From Candidatus Polarisedimenticolia bacterium (GTDB lineage Bacteria; Acidobacteriota; Polarisedimenticolia; Gp22-AA2; AA152), in the NCBI GenBank assembly GCA_036004685.1, contig DASYRE010000024.1, positions 64,234 through 128,233 on the forward strand: a stretch of 64,000 nucleotides of DNA, in the 5' to 3' direction. The first letter of the stretch is position 1. Each line of letters opens with the position of its first letter. Positions 47,416 through 57,100 of this stretch are shown in pieces. The notes under the pieces were generated by a model that made no database searches, was not told the DNA's origin, and saw nothing but the letters and a program-made list of their open reading frames with translations. Both the position numbers and the translations under genes were made by a program.

Positions 47416-48081
47416 ATGAGCGACACGGTCGACGACTATCTGAAGGCGATCTACCTGCTTCGTCGGCGCGCGGGGGCCGTGAGCACCTCGGCGATCGCGC
47501 GGAAGCTCCGGCTCTCCGAGGCTTCCGTCACCGGGATGGTGCGGAAGCTGGCCGCGAAGAAGCTGCTCCGGCACGTCCCCTACCGGGGCGTCCGGCTGAC
47601 CGCCGCGGGGGAGGCGCTCGCCTTGCGCATGGTGCGCAAGCACCGGCTCTGGGAGCTGTTCCTCGTCCAGCACCTCAAGTTCGGGTGGGAGGAGGTCCAT
47701 GAGCACGCCGAGAAGCTGGAGCACGCCACCGACGACGAGCTGGAGCGCCGGCTCTTCGAGCTGCTGGGCCGCCCCTCGCGGGATCCTCACGGCGATCCAA
47801 TCCCCGGCGACGACGGCGTGATCCGGGACGCCGCCCGGCTGACGCTCGCGGCGATGAAGGCCGGCGATCGCGGCGAAATCCTGCGCTGTCTCGATCAGGA
47901 CGCGGGGCTCCTGGAGCATCTGCGGCGGATGGGGCTCGAGCCCGGCCGCCGGTTCCGGGTCAGCGGGGTCGAGCCGTACGGCGGCCCGATTCGCCTGGCG
48001 GTGGGAAGGAAGACGGTCGAGATCGGCCCCGGCGTGGCCGGGGCCTTGGTCGTCCGCGAGTTTCGGGGGGCGGCGTCATGA
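47416..48081 (+). CDS. mntR: DtxR/MntR-family metal-dependent transcriptional repressor with C-terminal FeoA-like domain
   Basis: MSDTVDDYLKAIYLLRRRAGAVSTSAIARKLRLSEASVTGMVRKLAAKKLL...RLWELFLV is the canonical DtxR N-domain. Start at ATG 47416, with the upstream part of the ORF excluded. Overlaps mntH by 4 nt. Confidence 0.85.
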   Translation: MSDTVDDYLKAIYLLRRRAGAVSTSAIARKLRLSEASVTGMVRKLAAKKLLRHVPYRGVRLTAAGEALALRMVRKHRLWELFLVQHLKFGWEEVHEHAEKLEHATDDELERRLFELLGRPSRDPHGDPIPGDDGVIRDAARLTLAAMKAGDRGEILRCLDQDAGLLEHLRRMGLEPGRRFRVSGVEPYGGPIRLAVGRKTVEIGPGVAGALVVREFRGAAS

Positions 48082-50039
48082 GGACGGGCGTCGAGACGCT
48101 CCGGCAGCGCTCGCTGGACGAGGTGCACTCCTCCGTCGCCGTCGATCAGCCGAGCACCTGGCGCAGGCTCTTCGCCTTCGCGGGCCCCGCCTATCTGGTC
48201 AGCGTCGGCTACATGGATCCGGGGAACTGGGCCACCGACCTGGAAGGGGGGGCGCGCTTCGGCTACGAGCTGTGCTGGGTCCTCCTGATGTCGAATGCCA
48301 TGGCGGTGCTTCTTCAGACTCTCGCCGCCCGGATGGGGCTGGCCTCGGGGATGGATCTGGCCCAGGCGAGCCGCGCCAGTACCGAAAGACCGGTTGGGTT
48401 CGTGCTCTGGATCCTGTGCGAGGTCGCCATCGCCGCTTGCGATCTGGCGGAGGTCTTGGGGACGATCATCGGACTGAACCTTCTCTTTGGCATCCCCATG
48501 CTCTGGGGCTGCCTGATTACGCTCTGCGATACCTTCATGCTGCTTGCCATCCAGCGTCTCGGGATCCGCAAGATGGAGGCTTTTATCCTGTTGCTGGTCC
48601 TCACCATCGGCGGCTGCTTCCTCCTGGAGATCTTCCTTTCCAACCCGCAATGGGGCCAGGTCTTCAAGGGCTTTATCCCCCGCCTTCAATCCAGCACTCC
48701 GTACGTCTTCTCCCATCCGGAGGCGCTGTTCGTGGCCATCGGTATCCTGGGCGCCACGGTGATGCCGCACAACCTCTACCTCCATTCGGCCCTGGTGCAG
48801 TCGCGGCGGGTGAAGCGTACCCCCGAGGCAATCCGGAGAGCCTGCCGATACAACCTGGTCGACACCGCGGTGGCGCTGAACGCCGCCCTTTTCGTCAACG
48901 CCGCCATCCTGATCGTCGCGGCCGCGACGTTCAACCGGCGGGGCATCGTCGTCACCGAGATCCAGCAGGCCCACGAGCTCCTGACCCCGCTCCTTGGAAC
49001 CGCCTTCGCCTCCACCGCCTTCGGGATCGCCTTGCTCTGCTCCGGCCAGAGCTCGACGCTCACCGGGACGCTGGCGGGACAGGTGGTCATGGAAGGCTTC
49101 CTCCAGATCCGCCTGAAGCCTTGGGTCCGCCGGCTGATCACGCGCTCCATCGCCATCGTCCCGGCAGTCGTCGTCATCCTGATTCACGGCGAGGGGGGCA
49201 CCTACAAGCTGCTCATCGTCAGCCAGGTCATTCTCAGCCTGCAGCTCCCCTTCGCCATCATCCCGCTGATCCAGGTGACCAGCGATCGCAAGCGCATGGG
49301 CGAGTTTGTCAGCCCTCCCTGGGTGAAGATCCTGGCGTGGATCGCCGCCACCATCATCATCGCGCTGAATGCCAAGCTGATTTACGATCTGATCGCCGAT
49401 TGGGTCGCGCTGCCTCCGCCCGCCTCCACCCTGACCTGGTCCCTGGTCGTCCCCCTGGTCGGTGCGTGCACCCTGCTGCTCGGATGGATCATCCTCAGGC
49501 CGTTCCTGCCGGCGAGGAAAGTGGAGGCCGTGCCGGTGATCCTGGAAGCCTCCGAGGTCCTCAGCGGCTTGGTCGCGCCGTCCGTCAAGCGGGCCGGCCT
49601 GGCGCTGGATCGGTCGGTGAACGACAAGGGCGTCCTGTCGTACGGGCTCGGCCTGGCGCGGGATCGCGACACGACCCTGATCCTGATCCACGTCGTCGAG
49701 GGAGTCGGCGCACAGGTCTACGGGGAGGAAGTGGGGGACCGGGAGACGAGAGAGGCCAGCCGCTATCTCGACTCGATCTGCGCCGATCTGGTCGCCCGCG
49801 GCTACAAGGCCCGGACGGTCCTCGGCTACGGCGTCCCGTCGGTCGCGCTGGTGGAGATCGCCAAGGAGTACCACATCGATCTCCTGGTCCTGGGCGGGCA
49901 CGGCCACCGGCTCTTTGCCGACATGATGAAGGGGCAGACGATCTCCTCGGTCCGCCACGCCGTCACCATTCCCGTCGTCACGATCCGCCAGCCCGGCGGG
50001 CCCATCCCTTCAGGAACCCTGCCGCCTCCTTCCTCTTGA
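48078..50039 (+). CDS. mntH: Nramp-family divalent metal (Mn2+) transporter MntH fused to a C-terminal universal stress protein (UspA) domain
   Basis: Nramp signature GPAYLVSVGYMDPGNWATDLEGGARFGY and 11-12 TM helices (~aa 1-480). C-terminal USP domain TLILIHVVEG...LLVLGGHGHRLFADMMKGQTISSVRHAVTIPVVTI. Confidence 0.9.
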   Translation: MRTGVETLRQRSLDEVHSSVAVDQPSTWRRLFAFAGPAYLVSVGYMDPGNWATDLEGGARFGYELCWVLLMSNAMAVLLQTLAARMGLASGMDLAQASRASTERPVGFVLWILCEVAIAACDLAEVLGTIIGLNLLFGIPMLWGCLITLCDTFMLLAIQRLGIRKMEAFILLLVLTIGGCFLLEIFLSNPQWGQVFKGFIPRLQSSTPYVFSHPEALFVAIGILGATVMPHNLYLHSALVQSRRVKRTPEAIRRACRYNLVDTAVALNAALFVNAAILIVAAATFNRRGIVVTEIQQAHELLTPLLGTAFASTAFGIALLCSGQSSTLTGTLAGQVVMEGFLQIRLKPWVRRLITRSIAIVPAVVVILIHGEGGTYKLLIVSQVILSLQLPFAIIPLIQVTSDRKRMGEFVSPPWVKILAWIAATIIIALNAKLIYDLIADWVALPPPASTLTWSLVVPLVGACTLLLGWIILRPFLPARKVEAVPVILEASEVLSGLVAPSVKRAGLALDRSVNDKGVLSYGLGLARDRDTTLILIHVVEGVGAQVYGEEVGDRETREASRYLDSICADLVARGYKARTVLGYGVPSVALVEIAKEYHIDLLVLGGHGHRLFADMMKGQTISSVRHAVTIPVVTIRQPGGPIPSGTLPPPSS

Positions 50040-50208
50040 TCGCCGCGCCCCCAGGCCCGCGCGCCGCCGGTCGGCGAGCGCCGCGCCTCCTGCGCTCCGG
50101 CTCGGCCCTGGCTTGACCCAGGCCGAGGGCGAGACATAGAATTCGCTGGCAACGGGGAAAGATTCGCGCTCCAATCCAGCTCCCGGGCGGTGGAAAAAGG
50201 AGGAGGAG

Positions 50209-51144
50209 ATGGGGAGAACTCGCGCGACGGGATCGCTCCTGGGTCTGGCTCGCATCGCCGGAGTCGCGATGACCGCGGCCTTCCTCTTCCTACCCCCGGC
50301 GTTCGGCGGGGACAAGCCGCGGGTGGGAGTGCTCGGTGACGTGAAGGTGGAGAAGGGAGAAGTCGTTCCCGACGACGTCATCTGCCTCCGGGGGACCGCC
50401 ACCATCGAAGGGAAGGTGGAGGGGAACGTGATCGTGATCGACGGCAAGCTGAACCTCTCGGGAGAGGCCAAGGACGTGATCGCCGTCCTGTCGGAATCGA
50501 CCATCTCTCCCGGAGCCTCGGTGCACGGGGATCTCGTCCAGATCCTGGGGACGCTCCAGAAACCTGCCGATTTCACCGTGGGGGGGCAGCGGATCGACAT
50601 CGGCTCGCACCTGCCACCGAGAATCCAGCACCTCGTCTCGCGCGGCCTGCTTGGGATCCTGATCCTCCTGCGGCTGATCTCCATCATCACGTCGCTCGTC
50701 ATCGTCTTCCTGCTCGCCCTGCTCGTCCCCGATCGGATCGAGAGGATGTCGCTTTCGGTCCAGCCCCGCTGGCCGGCCTCCCTCGGATTTGGCCTGCTGG
50801 CGTCGGTGCTCGTCGGGATGCTGTTCGCCATATTCTTCGTCACGATCATCGGCATTCCGCTGGCCTTCCTCCTCTATCTGGTCGCCAAGGTGCTGTGCCT
50901 GATGGGCGTCGCGGCGATCCTCGTGCCCCTCGGCAGGCGGGTCGGCCTGGGCACGGGCCTGATCGGCCCCGAGGCGTCGGTCCTGGCGACGGTGATGGTC
51001 GGGTTCTTTCTCGTGGCGCTCGTCCGGTTCGTGCCGGTCCTCGGCGAGCTGGTCTGGCTGGTTCTGTCGGTGATCGGCTTCGGACTGGCCCTGGTGACCA
51101 AAGTGGGCTCCACGACCCCGGCCCCGGCCGAGTCCCTCCCCTGA
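50209..51144 (+). CDS. membrane protein with N-terminal bactofilin-like beta-helix repeat region and 4 C-terminal TM helices
   Basis: VICLRGTATIEGKVEGNVIVIDGKLNLSGEAKDVIAVLSESTISPGASVHGDLVQILG resembles bactofilin/DUF583 repeats. Hydrophobic C-terminal half. Confidence 0.6.
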   Translation: MGRTRATGSLLGLARIAGVAMTAAFLFLPPAFGGDKPRVGVLGDVKVEKGEVVPDDVICLRGTATIEGKVEGNVIVIDGKLNLSGEAKDVIAVLSESTISPGASVHGDLVQILGTLQKPADFTVGGQRIDIGSHLPPRIQHLVSRGLLGILILLRLISIITSLVIVFLLALLVPDRIERMSLSVQPRWPASLGFGLLASVLVGMLFAIFFVTIIGIPLAFLLYLVAKVLCLMGVAAILVPLGRRVGLGTGLIGPEASVLATVMVGFFLVALVRFVPVLGELVWLVLSVIGFGLALVTKVGSTTPAPAESLP

Positions 51145-51169
51145 TCTGTCCGGGCCGCCGGAGCTTCGA

Positions 51170-52105
51170 ATGACCCCTCCAAGCGTCGGGACGCCGCTAC
51201 TCTGGCTCGGCTTCACCCTTTTCGTCCTCGTGGCCCTAGTCCTCGACCTCGGCCTCTTCCACCGGCACGCCCACAAGGTCTCGATCCGGGAGGCGCTCGG
51301 CTGGTCGGCCGTCTGGACCGCGCTGGCGCTCCTCTTCAATCTCGGCGTGGCGCACTGGTTCGGTCCCCGGAGCGGGCTGGAGTTCCTGACGGGCTACCTC
51401 ATCGAGCTGGCCCTCAGCGTCGACAATCTCTTTGTCTTCCTGGTGATCTTCTCCTACTTCTCGGTCCCCGATCACCTGCGCCACCGCGTCCTCTTCTGGG
51501 GGATCCTCGGCGCGATGGTGATGCGGATCGGCTTCATCCTGGCGGGCGCGGCGCTGCTGTCGGCGTTCCACTGGATCGAGTACGTCTTTGGCGCCTTCCT
51601 GGTCTACACCGGCGTGAAGATCCTGCTCCAGAGGGGGGCGGAGGTCCATCCGGATCGGAACGTCGTGTTGAAGCTGGCGCGCCGCATGCTTCCGGTCACC
51701 AAGGAGTACCACGGCAGCAAGTTCCTGACGCGGGTCTCGGCCCGGCGCATGGCGACGCCGCTGCTCCTCGTCCTCATCGTCGTGGAGACGACCGACTTGG
51801 TCTTCGCGGTCGACTCGATCCCCGCCATCTTCGCGATCACCCGGGATCCCTTCATCGTCTACACGTCGAACATCTTCGCCATCCTGGGGCTGCGCTCGCT
51901 CTTCTTCCTGCTGGCGGGGATGATGGATCGGTTCCACTACCTCCCCGTCGGGCTCGGCCTGGTCCTGGCCTTCGTGGGGCTGAAGATGGTGGTCGGGGAG
52001 CATTACCCGATCTCGATCGGCCTCTCCCTGGGCGTCGTCGCCGCGCTGCTGGGCGGCTCGGTCCTCGCGTCGCTGGTCTTCCGGCCCCGCTCGTCCCGCC
52101 CTTAG
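51170..52105 (+). CDS. TerC-family integral membrane protein (Alx/MeeF-type putative Mn2+ exporter)
   Basis: Characteristic TerC motifs ELALSVDNLFVFLVIF and DLVFAVDSIPAIFAIT. 7+ TM helices. Confidence 0.85.
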   Translation: MTPPSVGTPLLWLGFTLFVLVALVLDLGLFHRHAHKVSIREALGWSAVWTALALLFNLGVAHWFGPRSGLEFLTGYLIELALSVDNLFVFLVIFSYFSVPDHLRHRVLFWGILGAMVMRIGFILAGAALLSAFHWIEYVFGAFLVYTGVKILLQRGAEVHPDRNVVLKLARRMLPVTKEYHGSKFLTRVSARRMATPLLLVLIVVETTDLVFAVDSIPAIFAITRDPFIVYTSNIFAILGLRSLFFLLAGMMDRFHYLPVGLGLVLAFVGLKMVVGEHYPISIGLSLGVVAALLGGSVLASLVFRPRSSRP

Positions 52106-52232
52106 CTGTCGATCCCCGAGATTGCCGGGCCGCCCGAGGCCCGTCGGCGCGACGATGCCGGGGGAATGGAAATGGCGTCGAGTCCGTCCCGCCGATTGCG
52201 CAGCGCAATCCATCGAGGAACCAATTCGCCGC

Positions 52233-54071
52233 TCATGGATTGATGGTGCGGGTTGGCTTTCTCAACCTGGGCAATGATGGGGGCCTCCGAACATGGGCGG
52301 AATACCTGGCAGGACGCTGAAGGAGCTTTAGTTGAATCTCGGCTTCTGAGCCAGCGCGGCGTTTTGAACGACCCCGTCTCCGTTCGACCATTTGTCCTCG
52401 TTCTTTCATCAGCTCCGCGATGTCGACAGTCCTGAGACCGCAACCTTGAGCCAAAATGATTCCATCTATCCTCGTGACAAGCTCAGCAAGGAGGTCATGA
52501 CGGGCGATCCGAAGAGCCTCATCGACTTGCCCTGCGAGTGCTTCAAGAGATTCCGAGTGTTTCTCCACGATGCCGAGCGCTGGCAAAGAGATGCGATCTG
52601 CTTCGCTTGGCTCGAGTTTCAAAACACCACCGCCATACGTTCTGCCGACCCGCTCGCACGAGTAGAGGCTCGCAGAGTTGTAGAAGGCAACGGTGAATGC
52701 ACGTAGAAGTTTGTTTGGAACTGCAGGCAGGCGAACGGTCAGCAAAGTGTTCGCTGCCACTATTCGCGATTCATTCAAGCAAAGTCTGGGAATGGAATCG
52801 CTCATGTATGTGAGAAATGCTTCAGGCACGATCACCCCAGGCACCGAGTACCAAGGCGATCGAACCCGGCACTTGAACCGCTTGTGCAGCCCAAGCCCTT
52901 CTCCGTGCCGAGTGTATCGGGACTCCGTTGGAGTAAGCCTTTCCTTGGGCGACCAGAGAAGACACCTCTCGTCGGAGCTCACGAGCCTCTTTGCCTGGGA
53001 CAGCGTTACAAGAGCCCCCGGCATCTGACGCGCCTTAATCAGGCAAGCACGTAATGAATGTTTAGGGAGAGACCAGGCTTCTGCCTCCGATTGCCTCAAC
53101 ACAAAAAACTCGTTTGCACCACTGACGAAGCCGATGTTCGCCTTCCCGATCAAGGAGAGAGGTTGGAATAGTTGATTCTTTTCCAAGTCTGAAAGACAAG
53201 TGGTCGCCCTATTCTCACTGAATCCTGGCGACCACTTGCTTGGCTCGAGCTCAGGACTGAAAGCCTTAGCCCTAACAAGTATCGCTTCGATGGACGAGAG
53301 ATCCCTGGCATCTTCCGCTTCGGCAAGCAAGAGCCGACCGTTACCTTCGTCACCCTTGTTATCAGCCAGAAGAACTACGACCTCTGCCTGGACTTCTGGA
53401 AAAACAGCCTTTCTAAATGAAATAACAGCCACGTACCCGAATTGCTTACGAAGAAACTTCCGAAGCGGGAGAGCATAGGCGGAATGAATCAGTTCGGCTG
53501 GCAGGATGAAAGCCAGCCGGCCGCCAGACTTCAGGAAGGAAACCGCGTGAGCCACGAACGGAGCCCAGGATGACGCAAGCCGGGAAAAGTCGATTCCCGC
53601 TCGCCGCGCTTGGAGCAGAGCTTGGCTTCGGTGGTTGCCGTTGAAGGTCTGATAGCGTATGTAGGGAGGGTTGCCGATGACGGCGGTCATTGCCTCCATG
53701 CCCGTTTTCGAAAACGCGCCAGGCTCCGTCGCAAAAAAACTAAGGGCTCGGAGATCTATTTGTTCAGTTGCCAGCAGTTTCTCAAGTGCTTGGGAAGTGT
53801 GTGAGATGGCCGCGAGATTCAAGTCAATGCCGTGCAGCCTCTTGGATGTTTCCCGGGCGCTATTGCCAAGGCTGAGAAAGTGCCTGGCAGCAGACTCAAG
53901 AAAGACCCCGTCGCCGCATGATGGATCAAGCACAGCATCAGACTTGCTACGTATCGCCCAAGACACCATGGGCTCCACGATGTCCTTCGGCGAATAGTAG
54001 GCTCCCAATCCTTTCCTGGCCCTCTTTTCCGTCGGCCGGCTCGTCAGCACAGTTCTCCCCTTGACGTGCAC
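52233..54071 (-). CDS. gamma-class N6-adenine-specific DNA methyltransferase (Eco57I/TaqI-like) with C-terminal target-recognition domain, located in a low-GC islet
   Basis: Motif I VLDPSCGDGVFL, motif IV AVIGNPPYIRY. C-terminal TaqI_C-like TRD (IGFVSGANEFFVL, RTYGGGVLKLEPSE). GTG start. The gene body is ~53% GC against ~68% in the flanks. Confidence 0.8.
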   Translation of the reverse strand: MHVKGRTVLTSRPTEKRARKGLGAYYSPKDIVEPMVSWAIRSKSDAVLDPSCGDGVFLESAARHFLSLGNSARETSKRLHGIDLNLAAISHTSQALEKLLATEQIDLRALSFFATEPGAFSKTGMEAMTAVIGNPPYIRYQTFNGNHRSQALLQARRAGIDFSRLASSWAPFVAHAVSFLKSGGRLAFILPAELIHSAYALPLRKFLRKQFGYVAVISFRKAVFPEVQAEVVVLLADNKGDEGNGRLLLAEAEDARDLSSIEAILVRAKAFSPELEPSKWSPGFSENRATTCLSDLEKNQLFQPLSLIGKANIGFVSGANEFFVLRQSEAEAWSLPKHSLRACLIKARQMPGALVTLSQAKRLVSSDERCLLWSPKERLTPTESRYTRHGEGLGLHKRFKCRVRSPWYSVPGVIVPEAFLTYMSDSIPRLCLNESRIVAANTLLTVRLPAVPNKLLRAFTVAFYNSASLYSCERVGRTYGGGVLKLEPSEADRISLPALGIVEKHSESLEALAGQVDEALRIARHDLLAELVTRIDGIILAQGCGLRTVDIAELMKERGQMVERRRGRSKRRAGSEAEIQLKLLQRPARYSAHVRRPPSLPRLRKPTRTINP

Positions 54072-54189
54072 GATCGACTCTCCAATTTCACGCAGAGGTC
54101 TCTGCGGGCTGATATCGCTCGGCCGGTATTCTACCTCTGGACGACGAGAACCAAATGATCATTCTTCAATGAAATCGCTGACCACTCAA

Positions 54190-57100
54190 TTAGTTCTTCA
54201 CCGGCGGGGCGGGCGGGGCGGGAAGCGTCTTCGGGTTCTTCCGAATCTGCTCCATCAGCACCTCGATGCCCTTCTCCAGCTGCGGATCCCGCCCCTGCAT
54301 GACGAGATCGTCCCGCTGGTCGACCTCGATGTCGGGATCGACGCCGTGCCCCTCGATCTCCCACGCCCCCGCCAGCCCGTAGTTCCCGAACTCGGGCCGT
54401 GTGACGTAACCGCCGTCCAGGAGCGGTGTGTTGCCGCGGATGCCCGTGACGCCTCCCCAGGTCCGGGTGCCGATCAGCGGTCCCAGGCCGTACTTCTTGA
54501 AGTAGTAGGGGAAGAGATCGCCGTCGGAAGCGGAGTAGTGGTTGATCAGGCAGACCATCGGTCCGTAGAAGACCTGGGAGGGATAGGTGCCGATGTTCTC
54601 GGTGTTCCGGGCGGTCCCGAGACCCGCCAGGACCCGCCGCAGCCGCTCGATGATCAGCTCCGAGACGAACCCTCCGCCGTTGTTGCGCGCGTCGACGATG
54701 AGCCCCTGCTTGCGGATCTGCGGATAGTACTGCCGGACGAACTCGTTCAGGCCGTCCCCGCCCATGTTCGGGATGTGGACGTAGGCGATCTTCCCTTGGG
54801 TCGCGGCATCCACCTTCCGGCGGTTCCTCTCGATCTGATCGTAGTAGCGGAGATCGGCTTCATCCGAAAGCGGCTTCACGGTCACTTCATGGGACCCGTC
54901 TCCCGACGGCTTCGAGGCTAGGGTGAGCGTCACCGTGCCGCCGGCCTTCCCCTGGAGCAGGTCGTCGGGAACCTGCGGAGCCTTCAGGTCGGCGCCGTCG
55001 ATCGCCAGCAGGTAGGAGCCCTCCGCGACGACCACCCCCGGCTCGGTGAGCGGCGACCGGCGCGCATCGATCCAGTTCTGCCCCAGGAGGATCCGGGAGA
55101 TTCGGTAACGTCCCGAGGATTTGTCCACCTGATAGTCGCAGCCGAGCAGCCCGATCGGGACGTCCCGCGGCTTCGGCGCCTCGCCGCCCCCGACGTAAGC
55201 GTGGCCGATGTTCAGCTCCGAAATCATCTCGCCGATCAGGTAGGTCAAATCGGAGCGATGGCTCACGTAGGGGACGAGGGCGCCGTACTTCGCCTTCATG
55301 GCCGGCCAGTCGACGCCGTGCATGTTCGAGACGTAGAAGAAGTCGCGCTCGAGCCTCCAGGCCTCGTCGAAGATCTGCCGCCACTCGGCGCGATGATCCA
55401 CCCTGGCCCGCATTTCGCCGGTGCTCACCGCGCCGTCGCCCACCTTGCCGGTGGTCCCGGGCTTGGCGTCGAGGATGCCGACCTTGTCGTCCGCCAGGTA
55501 GGCGAGCTTGCTCCCGTCCGGCGAGAGGTCGAATCCGCCGATCCCCGAGATCACGACGGCATCCTTCCTCTTCTCCATGTCGAAGACGTGCAGATCGCCG
55601 CTGGGGCCGTCGGGGCCCCCGGTGAGCGTCGGGACGGGGCTCGACAGGTAGAAGACCGCCGATTCGTTCGCCCGCAGCGAGCCGTAATTCCCGGGCGGGA
55701 CGGGGAACGCGGCGATCCGATCCTCGATCCCCGCCAGATCGATCTTCAAGGGCTCGGCTTTCTTCTTGCCTTTGTCCTTTTCCTTCTCCTTGTCCGATTT
55801 TCCTTTCTTGACCTTTTCCACGCTCTGCGCTTCCTTCGCATCCTCCCCTTCGTCCTTCTTCGCGCCCTCTCCGGCCGCTTTGACTTCGTCGGATTCGGGG
55901 GCGAAGGGGGAGGGGAGGTCCTTGCGCAGCGTCAGGGCATAGGGGCGCGTGGGGTTGTCGTAGACGTAGCTGAAGTCGAACGACCCGATGCTGGCGTTGA
56001 GGTCGCGATCGGAAAGGAAGTAGAGGTACTTCCCGCCGGGATCGAAGACCGGGGCGTAGCTGTCGTTCATCTCAGAGGTGAGGACGGTGACCTTTCCGGA
56101 GTCGAGCGAATAGACGTAGACCTGATGGAGCTGCTGGAGGTTCAGTTTGTGGTAGGTGAGCCACCGGCTGTCGGGGGACCAGGCGTAGCCGCTGATCTCC
56201 TGATATTTGGCTTGGTCGGCCTGCGTGAGCTTGCGCGAGCCGACGTCCAGGACGAACAGCTTCAGGTCCTTGTCGGCGAAAGCGATCTTCTTGCTGTCGG
56301 GAGACCAGACGGGAGGAAAGCGCCAGCCATGGCCGTCGGTGGTGAGGCGCTGGGCCGCCCCTCTTCCGTCCTGGGAGACCATCCAGACTTCATCCTCGCC
56401 CGTCTGGTCGGAGAGGTAGGCGATCCACTTGCCGTCGGGGGACCAGGCGGCGCCGCGCTCGTGGGCGTTGGAGGTGTTCGTCAGGTTCCGCGTGTTGCCC
56501 TTCTCGGCCGGGACGGTGAAGACCTCCCCCCGCGCGACGAGGACGGCGCGCTTCCCCTCGGGCGACAGGCCTCCGTCGGTGATCTGATCTCCCACCTTGA
56601 CGAACTCGGTCCGCGCCGTACGCATGTCGCTCGGGACGCGGATCGCGACCTTCGCGCTCTTGCCGCTCGCGGTGTCGAGAAGGTAGATGTCGCCTCCCTT
56701 CTCGAAGACGATGCCGCCAGGGCCGGCGCTGGCCCAGCGCACGTCGTAATCCGTGAAGCTCGTGAGCTTCTTGAGGTTCTTGCCGTGCGTATCGCAGGAG
56801 AAGAGATTGAAGGTCCGGTCGCGGTCGGAGTTGAAGTAGAGGGTGTCGCCGATCCACATCGGATCGCGCGACGTGTTGTCGTTCTCGGTGATCTTCTCCA
56901 TATGATTCGCGGCGAAGTCGTAGATCCAGAGGTTCTGGGTCATGCCGCCGCGATATCGCTTCCAGGTGCGGAAGTCGCGGAAGATCCGGTTGTAGACGAT
57001 CTTTCTGCCGTCGGGCGAGAAGGAGGCGAAGCCTCCCTCCGGGACGCCCACCTGCTCCGGCATCGAGCCTTCGAGGTCGACGGTGAACAGGCGCCCGGCC

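Noticed and set aside
50040-50208. yybP-ykoY Mn2+ riboswitch upstream of the bactofilin-like/TerC genes
   Set aside because: The region contains GGCGAGACAUAG and GGCAACGGGGAAAG but not the conserved GGGGAGUA/UUGGCA core arrangement. It cannot be supported without a covariance-model scan.
52233-54071. MTase as part of a complete restriction-modification or BREX/DISARM system
   Set aside because: No nuclease, helicase, specificity-subunit or PglZ-like gene within the flanking 5 kb. The neighbours are TerC and an S41 peptidase at native GC.
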